A model generated the notes under the pieces. It had not been told where the DNA came from. It saw only the letters and a list, made by a program, of their open reading frames with translations, and did not search any database. Source: Deltaproteobacteria bacterium (lineage in GTDB: Bacteria; Myxococcota_A; UBA9160; SMWR01). Taken from it: 64,000 nucleotides of DNA. The stretch spans positions 974 through 64,973 of the forward strand of contig JANNIY010000130.1 in the NCBI GenBank assembly GCA_031405455.1. Reading direction: 5' to 3'. This document shows positions 15,254 through 22,012 of the stretch, in pieces (the first letter of the stretch is position 1; each line of letters begins with the position of its first letter). Both the position numbers and the translations under genes were made by a program.

Positions 15254-15979
15254 CTATAGCGCTTTTCGGATCCTGCGATATCCGTCGCGAATTTCGTCGA
15301 TCAGCAGGCGGGCGGCGTCGCGCACTTCGCGCAGAGGTTCCTCGCTGACCTGCGCGATCTGGCGACCCTTTCCCTCGAGGCGATGAAACTCGTGTTCGAG
15401 CTTCTCCCACTGATCCTTCGCGTCGGCCTTCGCCAGATGCACGCGCACGTTCAGCTCGTCGCGCACCCGGCGCAGCTCGTCGAACTCGCTCCGAAAACGT
15501 TCCTTCCACTCGGACATGATCGATTCCTCCTCCCGATTGTTGCTTCCACGGTCGCTTGCATCGGGCAACAGCGCGGCCGTGAGCAGATCTGTCTCGGTGA
15601 CGAGCCCTACGAAGGTCCCATCCGCCTTCACCACGGGGACGCAGCCGATCTTGTGCCGCACCATCAGCGCCGCCGCCTCGCGCAGCGTCGCGTCGCGTTT
15701 GACCGTGATCAGGTCTTGCGACATCACCTCGGCGACTTCGACCGAACGCAAAAGGCTCCGGTGCCCCGTCACTTCGTAACCGAGCGCACGCGACAGTGAA
15801 GCCGCCAGCAGATCCCGACTCGACACGATGCCCACGAGCTTTTCCCCGTCGAGGACGGGCATGTGCCGCACGCGGCCCAGCCGCATGACGTCTTCCGCCA
15901 GGTCGAGGCGGTCCTGAACGGTGAGCGTCGCCACCTCGGACTGCATCACCTCGCACACCTGCCGCGCCGCCGCGTCCAT
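15254..15979 (-). CDS. CBS pair fused to an 87-aa helical/coiled-coil tail
   Basis: SD GAGGAGGGCGAGG precedes the ATG at 15979, followed by two CBS repeats. With no intervening stop the frame continues into MSEWKERFRSEFDELRR..., which has its own SD (GGGAGGAGG) and ATG at 15517. Confidence 0.8.
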   Translation of the reverse strand: MDAAARQVCEVMQSEVATLTVQDRLDLAEDVMRLGRVRHMPVLDGEKLVGIVSSRDLLAASLSRALGYEVTGHRSLLRSVEVAEVMSQDLITVKRDATLREAAALMVRHKIGCVPVVKADGTFVGLVTETDLLTAALLPDASDRGSNNREEESIMSEWKERFRSEFDELRRVRDELNVRVHLAKADAKDQWEKLEHEFHRLEGKGRQIAQVSEEPLREVRDAARLLIDEIRDGYRRIRKAL

Positions 15980-16006
15980 CCTCGCCCTCCTCAGCCTCTT
16001 TGCAGG

Positions 16007-16022
16007 TGCAGAATCGGTGCCA
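16007..16022 (-). promoter_or_regulatory. Sigma-54 type -24/-12 match (site E)
   Basis: The minus strand reads TGGCACCGATTCTGCA. The -12 C is 29 nt upstream of the ATG at 15979. Confidence 0.6.
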
Positions 16023-16146
16023 GCGTTTGCGAGCCGCACGAGCCTCCGCAACGTCGTGTGTGCGGCGACCTGCCTCAGTCGAGGCCCCCTCCTACCCGGA
16101 TTCCCCTGGCTGGTGAGAACCCGTTCGGACGCGCGGTTCCCGCCGG

Positions 16147-17868
16147 TTACGCGAGTAGCTCCGCCGCGATCGCACGCAGCTCGCGCTTCCAACCGTCTCG
16201 GTCCGTGTGCACGACACGCTGCGCAACCGCGGGCCATTCCTGCGGCGGCTCGAAGCGCGCGGCGCTGTGCGCGTGAAACTCCGGTCCGGCATCGGAGGCG
16301 TCGTTGCCCGCAGCTTCGCGACGGGCGAGGCGTTCGCGGGCAATCGGAGCCGCGCAGCGTGTTTCGAGAAAGAACGCGCGCGCACCCCGCTCGTGCGCGA
16401 AGACGCGGGCTCGCTCGCGGTCGGCGGCGCGCGCCCACGTGGCGTCGAGCAAAACCGTCCGACCCGAAGCGAGCACCGGCGCAGCGCGTTCGAGCAGCCC
16501 CGCGTACACGCGGTCCTGGCGAGCCGGATCGTAGAGGCCCGAGTCGAGCCCGGCGCCCACGCGCGCCGTCGGGTCGAGGCCCGCCTGGCGCTTTCTCACC
16601 CGGTCGGAGGCGACGACGACTCCGGACAGGGCTTCTGCGAGCCCCGCCGCCGCGCTGCTCTTCCCGGATCCCACGATTCCCCCGACCAGCACGAGCGCAC
16701 CGGTCCCGCCCGGCGCGAGCACCTGCAACGCGAGGTCGAGGTGGCGCCGTGCGCTTTCGGCGGCGCGCGCGCGCTGCGCTGGATCGATGGCCGCATCCTG
16801 CGCTGCCAGCGAGGCCACCTTCGCTCGCACGCCGGCGCGGTAGCTCGTGAAGAAATCGACGAGCGCGTAGAGATCGAAATCATCGCTCTCGCGCGCATAG
16901 CTGCGCAAGAAATGCTCCGCCCTGGCCGCTGCATCCCGGTAGCGCAGGTCCATCGCGGGGAAAGCGACTTCGGCCGCGGCATCGATGCGGCGCAAGGCCT
17001 CCGAGAACTCGAGGCAATCGATCGCAATCGGCTCCGCGTCGTCGCGTTCGAACCACAGGTGCTGCAGGTGGAGATCGCCGTGGCCGTCGACGGCGCGGCC
17101 CGCGAGCCGGCGGCGCTCGAAGCGCTCGGCATGCGCCTCGGCAAAGGCGCGAGTTCGCGTCTCGAGTTCGCGCAGCACTTCGCTCGAGAGCAGCGCAGGC
17201 ACCGCCCCCGCGAGCAGGCGCAGATTGTCTTCCACCGGGCCGATGCAGCGCTGCCGCCACTGCTCGGGCGTGAAGGGCGCGGGCGTCCCCAGAGCGTGGC
17301 GCTCGTGGAAGCGCGCGATCAGCACCGCCGCGCTTTCGAGCTGGGCGTCCGAGAGCGCATCGCGCGCGAGCAGGGAGAGCGCGTCACGGCCCGCAGGCAG
17401 ACGGCGCATCACCACACAATGCTCGGGCCCGGAGCCTCCGGCCGCCGGCTGCGCGAGCGTTCCCCCGATGGGTCCGATCCGCACGGGCCCCTGCATCAGC
17501 GGAGCGACTCCGAGGTAGACGTCCGGGGCAAGACGACGGTTGAGCGTCACTTCTCGCAGGCAATCGGCGTTGCGCTCCGCGCGGGTCGTGAAACACACGA
17601 AGGAAAGATCCACGGCTTTGCGGAACTTGTAGACGCGATCGCCCGTCAGGAAGAGCTGGGAGAGATGCGTCTGCACGCGCTCGACGCCGGCCGCGGCGCT
17701 GGGATCGTCCGGGTAGGCGCCGGCTGCGGCGAGCGCGCCGAGATCTTCCGGCGAAAGCGAGGCCTCGGAGCGCGCGCCTTCCCCGAGCACTGCGTCGCGC
17801 TTGATGGGGGGCACGGGCAGCGCGACGGCTAGGCTTCGCCCGTCGCCTTCAGCGTGAGAACGGGGCAC
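16147..17868 (-). CDS. Bifunctional APH-like phosphotransferase / P-loop kinase-like protein
   Basis: The N-terminal half has the APH/choline-kinase-like catalytic motif GHGDLHLQHLW. The C-terminal half has the P-loop GGIVGSGKSS. The 5' end overlaps the USP 3' end by about 40 nt, so the start is uncertain. Confidence 0.75.
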   Translation of the reverse strand: MPRSHAEGDGRSLAVALPVPPIKRDAVLGEGARSEASLSPEDLGALAAAGAYPDDPSAAAGVERVQTHLSQLFLTGDRVYKFRKAVDLSFVCFTTRAERNADCLREVTLNRRLAPDVYLGVAPLMQGPVRIGPIGGTLAQPAAGGSGPEHCVVMRRLPAGRDALSLLARDALSDAQLESAAVLIARFHERHALGTPAPFTPEQWRQRCIGPVEDNLRLLAGAVPALLSSEVLRELETRTRAFAEAHAERFERRRLAGRAVDGHGDLHLQHLWFERDDAEPIAIDCLEFSEALRRIDAAAEVAFPAMDLRYRDAAARAEHFLRSYARESDDFDLYALVDFFTSYRAGVRAKVASLAAQDAAIDPAQRARAAESARRHLDLALQVLAPGGTGALVLVGGIVGSGKSSAAAGLAEALSGVVVASDRVRKRQAGLDPTARVGAGLDSGLYDPARQDRVYAGLLERAAPVLASGRTVLLDATWARAADRERARVFAHERGARAFFLETRCAAPIARERLARREAAGNDASDAGPEFHAHSAARFEPPQEWPAVAQRVVHTDRDGWKRELRAIAAELLA

Positions 17869-18278
17869 GGTGCGATCCGGACCGTGCGCTCAGCGACACT
17901 GCCGAGCAACACGTGCTTGAAGCCGGAGAGTCCGCGCGTTCCCATCACGATCAGGTCGGCGCCGATGCGCTCGGCCGTGGTCGCGATCGCTTCCGAGGGA
18001 AAGATCGGAGAGACTTCGGACTCCACGGCGATTTTCTGGCTCTCCACCTTCGCCCGCCATTCCTTCAGCTGCTTCGTCGCGGCTTCGCGGATGTCGCGAT
18101 CGAAGCTCTCGGGGATGACGAGGCCGTAGGGCGAAATCGCACCCACGTTGATCTGGTAGCAATGCAGAAGATGGAGTTTCGATCCGAACACCTTCGCGAG
18201 TTCGATCGCGGTCTCGAGCGCCCGCGAGGAGTGCGTCGAGAAGTCGACGGGAACGAGGATCTTGCGAAAGCCGGTCAT
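17829..18278 (-). CDS. Universal stress protein (UspA family)
   Basis: SD AAGGGAGGA precedes the ATG at 18278. KILVPVDFS at the N-terminus and the ATP-binding motif GTRGLSGFKHVLLGSVAERTV are present. Confidence 0.9.
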   Translation of the reverse strand: MTGFRKILVPVDFSTHSSRALETAIELAKVFGSKLHLLHCYQINVGAISPYGLVIPESFDRDIREAATKQLKEWRAKVESQKIAVESEVSPIFPSEAIATTAERIGADLIVMGTRGLSGFKHVLLGSVAERTVRIAPCPVLTLKATGEA

Positions 18279-18325
18279 GGGTCCTCCCTTGGCCAGGTCC
18301 AACCCGGCAACCTTCCCCTGGCTAA

Positions 18326-18341
18326 AGCAGATCACGTGCCA
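18326..18341 (-). promoter_or_regulatory. Sigma-54 type -24/-12 match (site F)
   Basis: The minus strand reads TGGCACGTGATCTGCT. It is intergenic, with the -12 C 49 nt upstream of the USP ATG. Confidence 0.65.
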
Positions 18342-18475
18342 AGCGGTCGCGGCGATGCAGGCGCCACCAACCTGAAATTCCATTCAGCGACTGGGTTGAT
18401 AGGGAACAGTCCTAGCCGAAAACGTAGCCCATTGCCACAGTTTTAGGTTCGCGCGAGCCAGCGAAATCAGATGGA

Positions 18476-18898
18476 TCACGCGCGTTCGGAGATCGCCGCC
18501 ACGAGGCCTTCCTCGCGTTTTTCGTGGTCGACCAGCACCGCGCACCAGTGCGCGAGCGCCTCCTGGGAGGCGGCGGCAGGCACCTGATCGAGCCGCTCGC
18601 CGAGTCGGCGCAGATCCGCGAGCAGGCTCGCATGCTCGCGCTCGAGCGCCTCGAGATCCGCCGACCGGGAAGGCGAAAGGCCGTGAAGCGCCGGAAAAAA
18701 GAAGCCTTGCTCGAGATCGAAGTGCGCAGCGAGGGCGACCTCGAAGCGATCCAGGGCGCTGCGCGCGTCGCTCAATGCACCGCGTCCGAGCGCGACTTCG
18801 ATCTCGCGCCGCAGCGCGGAAAGGTGGCGGTGTTGGTCCAAGGTCTGCTGTACGAGACGCTTCACCCGCAGCTGGAGACCCGTATCGAAGATCGGCAT
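18476..18898 (-). CDS. Hemerythrin-like (HHE cation-binding) domain protein
   Basis: 140 aa, all-helical. Spaced His/Glu/Asp ligand motifs are HRHL..., AAHFDLEQGFFFP, LEREH and LVDHEKRE. Confidence 0.7.
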   Translation of the reverse strand: MPIFDTGLQLRVKRLVQQTLDQHRHLSALRREIEVALGRGALSDARSALDRFEVALAAHFDLEQGFFFPALHGLSPSRSADLEALEREHASLLADLRRLGERLDQVPAAASQEALAHWCAVLVDHEKREEGLVAAISERA

Positions 18899-18957
18899 GC
18901 GGCGAGGTCACTCCTCTTCTTGCGCGCGGCGGGGCGCTTCCGCTGGCAAAGACTACC

Positions 18958-18973
18958 CGCAAACAGCGTGCCA
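18958..18973 (-). promoter_or_regulatory. Sigma-54 type -24/-12 match (site G)
   Basis: The minus strand reads TGGCACGCTGTTTGCG, an almost perfect TGGCACG-N4-TTGC. It lies 61 nt upstream of the hemerythrin ATG, with SD AGAGGAG in between. Confidence 0.65.
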
Positions 18974-19007
18974 GAAACCCCGGCGGATCGTTATCCCCTG
19001 CCCCGAC

Positions 19008-19355
19008 GTGGCCGAACGCATCCTGGTGATCGACGACGAGCCCGATCTGCTCGAGCTCGTGAGGGTGAACCTGCAACAGGCGGCTCTCTGGCTCGATTCC
19101 GGCCGCCACCGTTGCTTCGTCGCCGGCGTCGAAGTGATGCTCACGTCGGAAGAGTTCGGCCTGCTCGCCCGCTTGCTGGGCCCCCCCGGCCGCGTGATGA
19201 CGCGCGATTTTCTGATCCAGCACGTCTGGGGCGCCGACATCTCGGTCAAGGCCCGCACCATCGACACGCACCTCAAGCGCCTGCGCGAGAAACTGGGGCC
19301 GGCTGGCGACCTGATCGAGCCGGTGCGCGGGGCCGGCTATCGATTCGCAGAGTGA
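19008..19355 (+). CDS. Receiver-less OmpR/PhoB-type winged-helix protein (truncated paralogue of the 21332-22012 gene)
   Basis: The GTG start gives (M)AERILVIDDEPDLLELVRVNLQQA. This is joined directly to ...RHRCFVAGVEVMLTSEEF...RTIDTHLKRLREKLGPAGDLIEPVRGAGYRFAE. About 111 aa are absent, including the phospho-acceptor Asp region. Confidence 0.6.
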   Translation: MAERILVIDDEPDLLELVRVNLQQAALWLDSGRHRCFVAGVEVMLTSEEFGLLARLLGPPGRVMTRDFLIQHVWGADISVKARTIDTHLKRLREKLGPAGDLIEPVRGAGYRFAE

Positions 19356-19807
19356 GCGCTACGGCGGCTGACTCGCCGCGCGACACGCCCCTGGAAGCCG
19401 TGCCCGAAAGCCAACGCAAGCTCGTGGTCGCTCTCGCCGGGGATCGGCCCGCGTTGGCCTGGGCCGATCGCCGCGCCTGCGAGCAAATCCTCTCGAACCT
19501 TCTCGACAATGCGATCCAGTACACGGAGCCGGGCGGCAACATCGCGCTGCGGATCGCCAGCGACGATCGAGACTTGCGCATCGAAATACGTGATACCGGA
19601 ATCGGAATCTCCGAACGAAATCTCGCGCGGATCTTCGAGCGCTGCTACCGCGTCGACCAGGCGCGCTCGCGCGCCCAGGGCGGAACGGGGCTCGGCCTCG
19701 CCATCGTGAAGCACCAGGTGCAGAGCCTCGGCGGCACGATCCAGGTCGAAAGCCAGCTCGGGCGCGGCTCGACGTTTGCCTTCACGCTGCCGCGGCACGC
19801 GAGCTGA
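19352..19807 (+). CDS. HATPase_c-only remnant of a PhoR-like kinase (truncated paralogue of the 22009-23826 gene)
   Basis: The GTG overlaps the upstream stop (GTGA). The first ~30 aa match the PhoR-like N-terminus (SPRD...VP.SQR.LV.AL). The sequence then jumps to AWADRRACEQILSNLLDNAIQYTEPGG...DTGIGI...GGTGLGLAIV. TM, HAMP, PAS and HisKA are missing. Confidence 0.55.
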   Translation: MSATAADSPRDTPLEAVPESQRKLVVALAGDRPALAWADRRACEQILSNLLDNAIQYTEPGGNIALRIASDDRDLRIEIRDTGIGISERNLARIFERCYRVDQARSRAQGGTGLGLAIVKHQVQSLGGTIQVESQLGRGSTFAFTLPRHAS

Positions 19808-19927
19808 GCGGGACGTAAGGTTCCGGCTACAGCGCTACAGAGATTGGTCCCGATCCGGTAGCCTGTCTCGCCGCGAACCCCAGAAGGCTACGCTCGTCGC
19901 TGCTGGGCTCGCCGGAGGCTCATCCGC

Positions 19928-21124
19928 TTGCGAGCTCGACCGTTTCTAGCAGCGCTCATTGCAGCGAGCGTTTCCTTCGCGTCCTGTCTACTTCTCGCTG
20001 AGGTGGCGGTCCGCATCCTCAAGCGGGACTCGGCATTCCAGCCCGACCCGATGCAGTTTCGCTCCCTGCTGCCCGGGAAGGATCAACCCATCGCGACCTT
20101 CGAGACCGATGACAACCTGAACGGGCGTTCGAACGAGATTCCAGAGCGGGCGATCTCCGCCGGCACCCGTCACACGAACAACCTGGGCCTGCGAATGGCC
20201 GAGGATATCGGACCCAAGGCTCCAGACGAGCACCGCGTGCTGCTGCTGGGGGATTCCTATACCGAAGCACTCGACGTTTCCTTCGAACATCGCTTCGATG
20301 GCGTGGCGCAAACCCTCCTCACGCAGGCGAACCGCGCTGAATGGGTCGACTGGCGGATCGTCAACGCAGGCATCCAGAACGGCAGCCCTTCCCAGTACCT
20401 GCTGATGCTGCGCCGGCTGCTACCGCTCGTGAAGCCGAATCTCGTGATCGTCGTGGCGGGTTCGAACGACCTGGGCGACGACATCGAGTGGGAGAACCAA
20501 TACGGCTTCGAGCTGGATGCGGATGGCGTGCCGCTCCGCCCGGCTCGGCGCACTCAGCTATGGCTGCTCCAGAAATCCTATCTGCTGCGCTACCTGCAGG
20601 TCTTTCTCGCGCAATTCACGCCAGGCATACACTCATTCCTGTTCGCCACACGCGACGCGGCCGTTCCGCCGCCGAGCTGGCTGGCGGTGTCCTGCCGCCA
20701 GGCGGCCGATGTCCCCGCGCTCTTCGAGGACAAGACCGGTCGCTACCTGGTCGAGATCCAGGCGATGGCTGAGGCCGCAGGCGCGCGTTTCGGCGTGCTC
20801 GTGATCCACTACAGCTATTCCTTCGCGAACGAACCCTTCTACGAGCCGCGCTTCCCGGGAATCCAGACGACGCTCACGGAGGCGCGCTGTGCCGAAGTCA
20901 ACGCACGTCCCTACGTCGCGCTCATCGATGGCTTTCTCGAGCGTCGTGGCATTCCCTATCGCGACACCCACGCGGCCTTTTCTGCGGCGAAGCGCGAGAC
21001 GCCGAGTCGCAAGCTCTGGAACTTCTTCGACTACCATTTTTCGCCGGCTGGGCACGCGATCGCAGGCGCGGAACTCGCCGCGCTCTTGCAGGCGATGAGG
21101 GGCGATCCCGCCATCACGCCCTAG
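19928..21124 (+). CDS. SGNH/GDSL-family hydrolase-like membrane-anchored protein
   Basis: TTG start and an N-terminal TM segment. Block I is LLLGDSYTE, block III AGSNDLG and block V DYHFSPAGH (DxxH). Confidence 0.65.
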   Translation: MRARPFLAALIAASVSFASCLLLAEVAVRILKRDSAFQPDPMQFRSLLPGKDQPIATFETDDNLNGRSNEIPERAISAGTRHTNNLGLRMAEDIGPKAPDEHRVLLLGDSYTEALDVSFEHRFDGVAQTLLTQANRAEWVDWRIVNAGIQNGSPSQYLLMLRRLLPLVKPNLVIVVAGSNDLGDDIEWENQYGFELDADGVPLRPARRTQLWLLQKSYLLRYLQVFLAQFTPGIHSFLFATRDAAVPPPSWLAVSCRQAADVPALFEDKTGRYLVEIQAMAEAAGARFGVLVIHYSYSFANEPFYEPRFPGIQTTLTEARCAEVNARPYVALIDGFLERRGIPYRDTHAAFSAAKRETPSRKLWNFFDYHFSPAGHAIAGAELAALLQAMRGDPAITP

Positions 21125-21331
21125 CCCCTGGGGATTGGCAAGTCTTCCGAAAAGCGCGGGCAGCGGCACCAGGCCGAGATCTCCCAGTTCACCCGAGACA
21201 CGCGGGGCCGAGCCCAGGCGCTTTCCATGTGGCGAATGAGTGACGAATCCGGGGTGATTGGCAGACACCCGGTCGGATCGCCTGGCGAACGGATTCCCGC
21301 TGCGCGGCTCGACCGTTATTCTCTACCCCCA

Positions 21332-22012
21332 ATGGCAGAACGAATCCTGGTGATCGACGACGAGCCGGATCTTCTCGAGCTGGTGCGGGTAAACCTGCAT
21401 CAGGCCGGCTATCGCGTGGAAACGGCCGATTCGGGTCGCCGCGGCCTCGAGCAGATGCGCCGCAGCAAGCCAGACCTCGTCATCCTCGACCTGATGCTTC
21501 CGGACCTCTCGGGCACCGAATTGTGCCGGCAGGTGCGCGCCGACAGCGAGCTCTCCCGGATACCGATCATCATGCTCACCGCCCGGGCGGACGAGGTCGA
21601 TCGCGTCGTTGGATTCGAGATCGGCGCGGACGATTATGTGACCAAGCCGTTCAGCCCACGCGAGCTCACCCTGCGCGTTGCCGCCGTGCTGCGCCGCAAG
21701 CCAACGCGCGCCGGCGCCGCGGCGAAGCTCGAGCACGGCGCGGTCACGCTCGACCCTGAGCGCCACCGCTGCTTTGTCGCCGGGACCGAAGTGAAGCTCA
21801 CCGCGAAGGAGTTCGACCTGCTCGCGAGCCTGATGACACGCCCCGGCCGCGTGATGACGCGCGATTTCCTGCTCGAGCACGTCTGGGGCGCCGACATCTC
21901 GGTCACCGCGCGCACCATCGACACCCACCTCAAGCGCTTGCGCGAGAAGTTGGGGCCCGCCGGGGACCTGATTGAGACAGTGCGCGGAGTCGGCTATCGA
22001 TTCGCGGAATGA
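21332..22012 (+). CDS. phoB: OmpR/PhoB-family response regulator
   Basis: REC domain (ILVIDDEPD...DLVILDLMLPDLSG...KPF) plus Trans_reg_C (RTIDTHLKRLREKL...GYRF). It is translationally coupled (ATGA) to a PhoR-like kinase in a Pho-gene neighbourhood. The symbol is inferred from context. Confidence 0.85.
   Translation: MAERILVIDDEPDLLELVRVNLHQAGYRVETADSGRRGLEQMRRSKPDLVILDLMLPDLSGTELCRQVRADSELSRIPIIMLTARADEVDRVVGFEIGADDYVTKPFSPRELTLRVAAVLRRKPTRAGAAAKLEHGAVTLDPERHRCFVAGTEVKLTAKEFDLLASLMTRPGRVMTRDFLLEHVWGADISVTARTIDTHLKRLREKLGPAGDLIETVRGVGYRFAE

Larger units (their letters stand above)
18989..19807 (+). repeat. Diverged, internally collapsed duplicate of the phoB-phoR-like operon at 21314-23826
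   Basis: Nucleotide similarity starts at CGTTAT upstream of both start codons and runs to both stop codons. By eye the two copies share roughly 80-85 percent identity. Two large internal blocks are missing from this copy. Confidence 0.85.

Noticed and set aside
21229-21244. GTGGCgaatgaGTGAC, an 11-bp spaced repeat upstream of the phoB-like gene, considered as an autoregulatory Pho box.
   Set aside because: Its orientation relative to the gene is opposite to that of the pstS and porin sites, and one half-site is degenerate. The evidence is insufficient.
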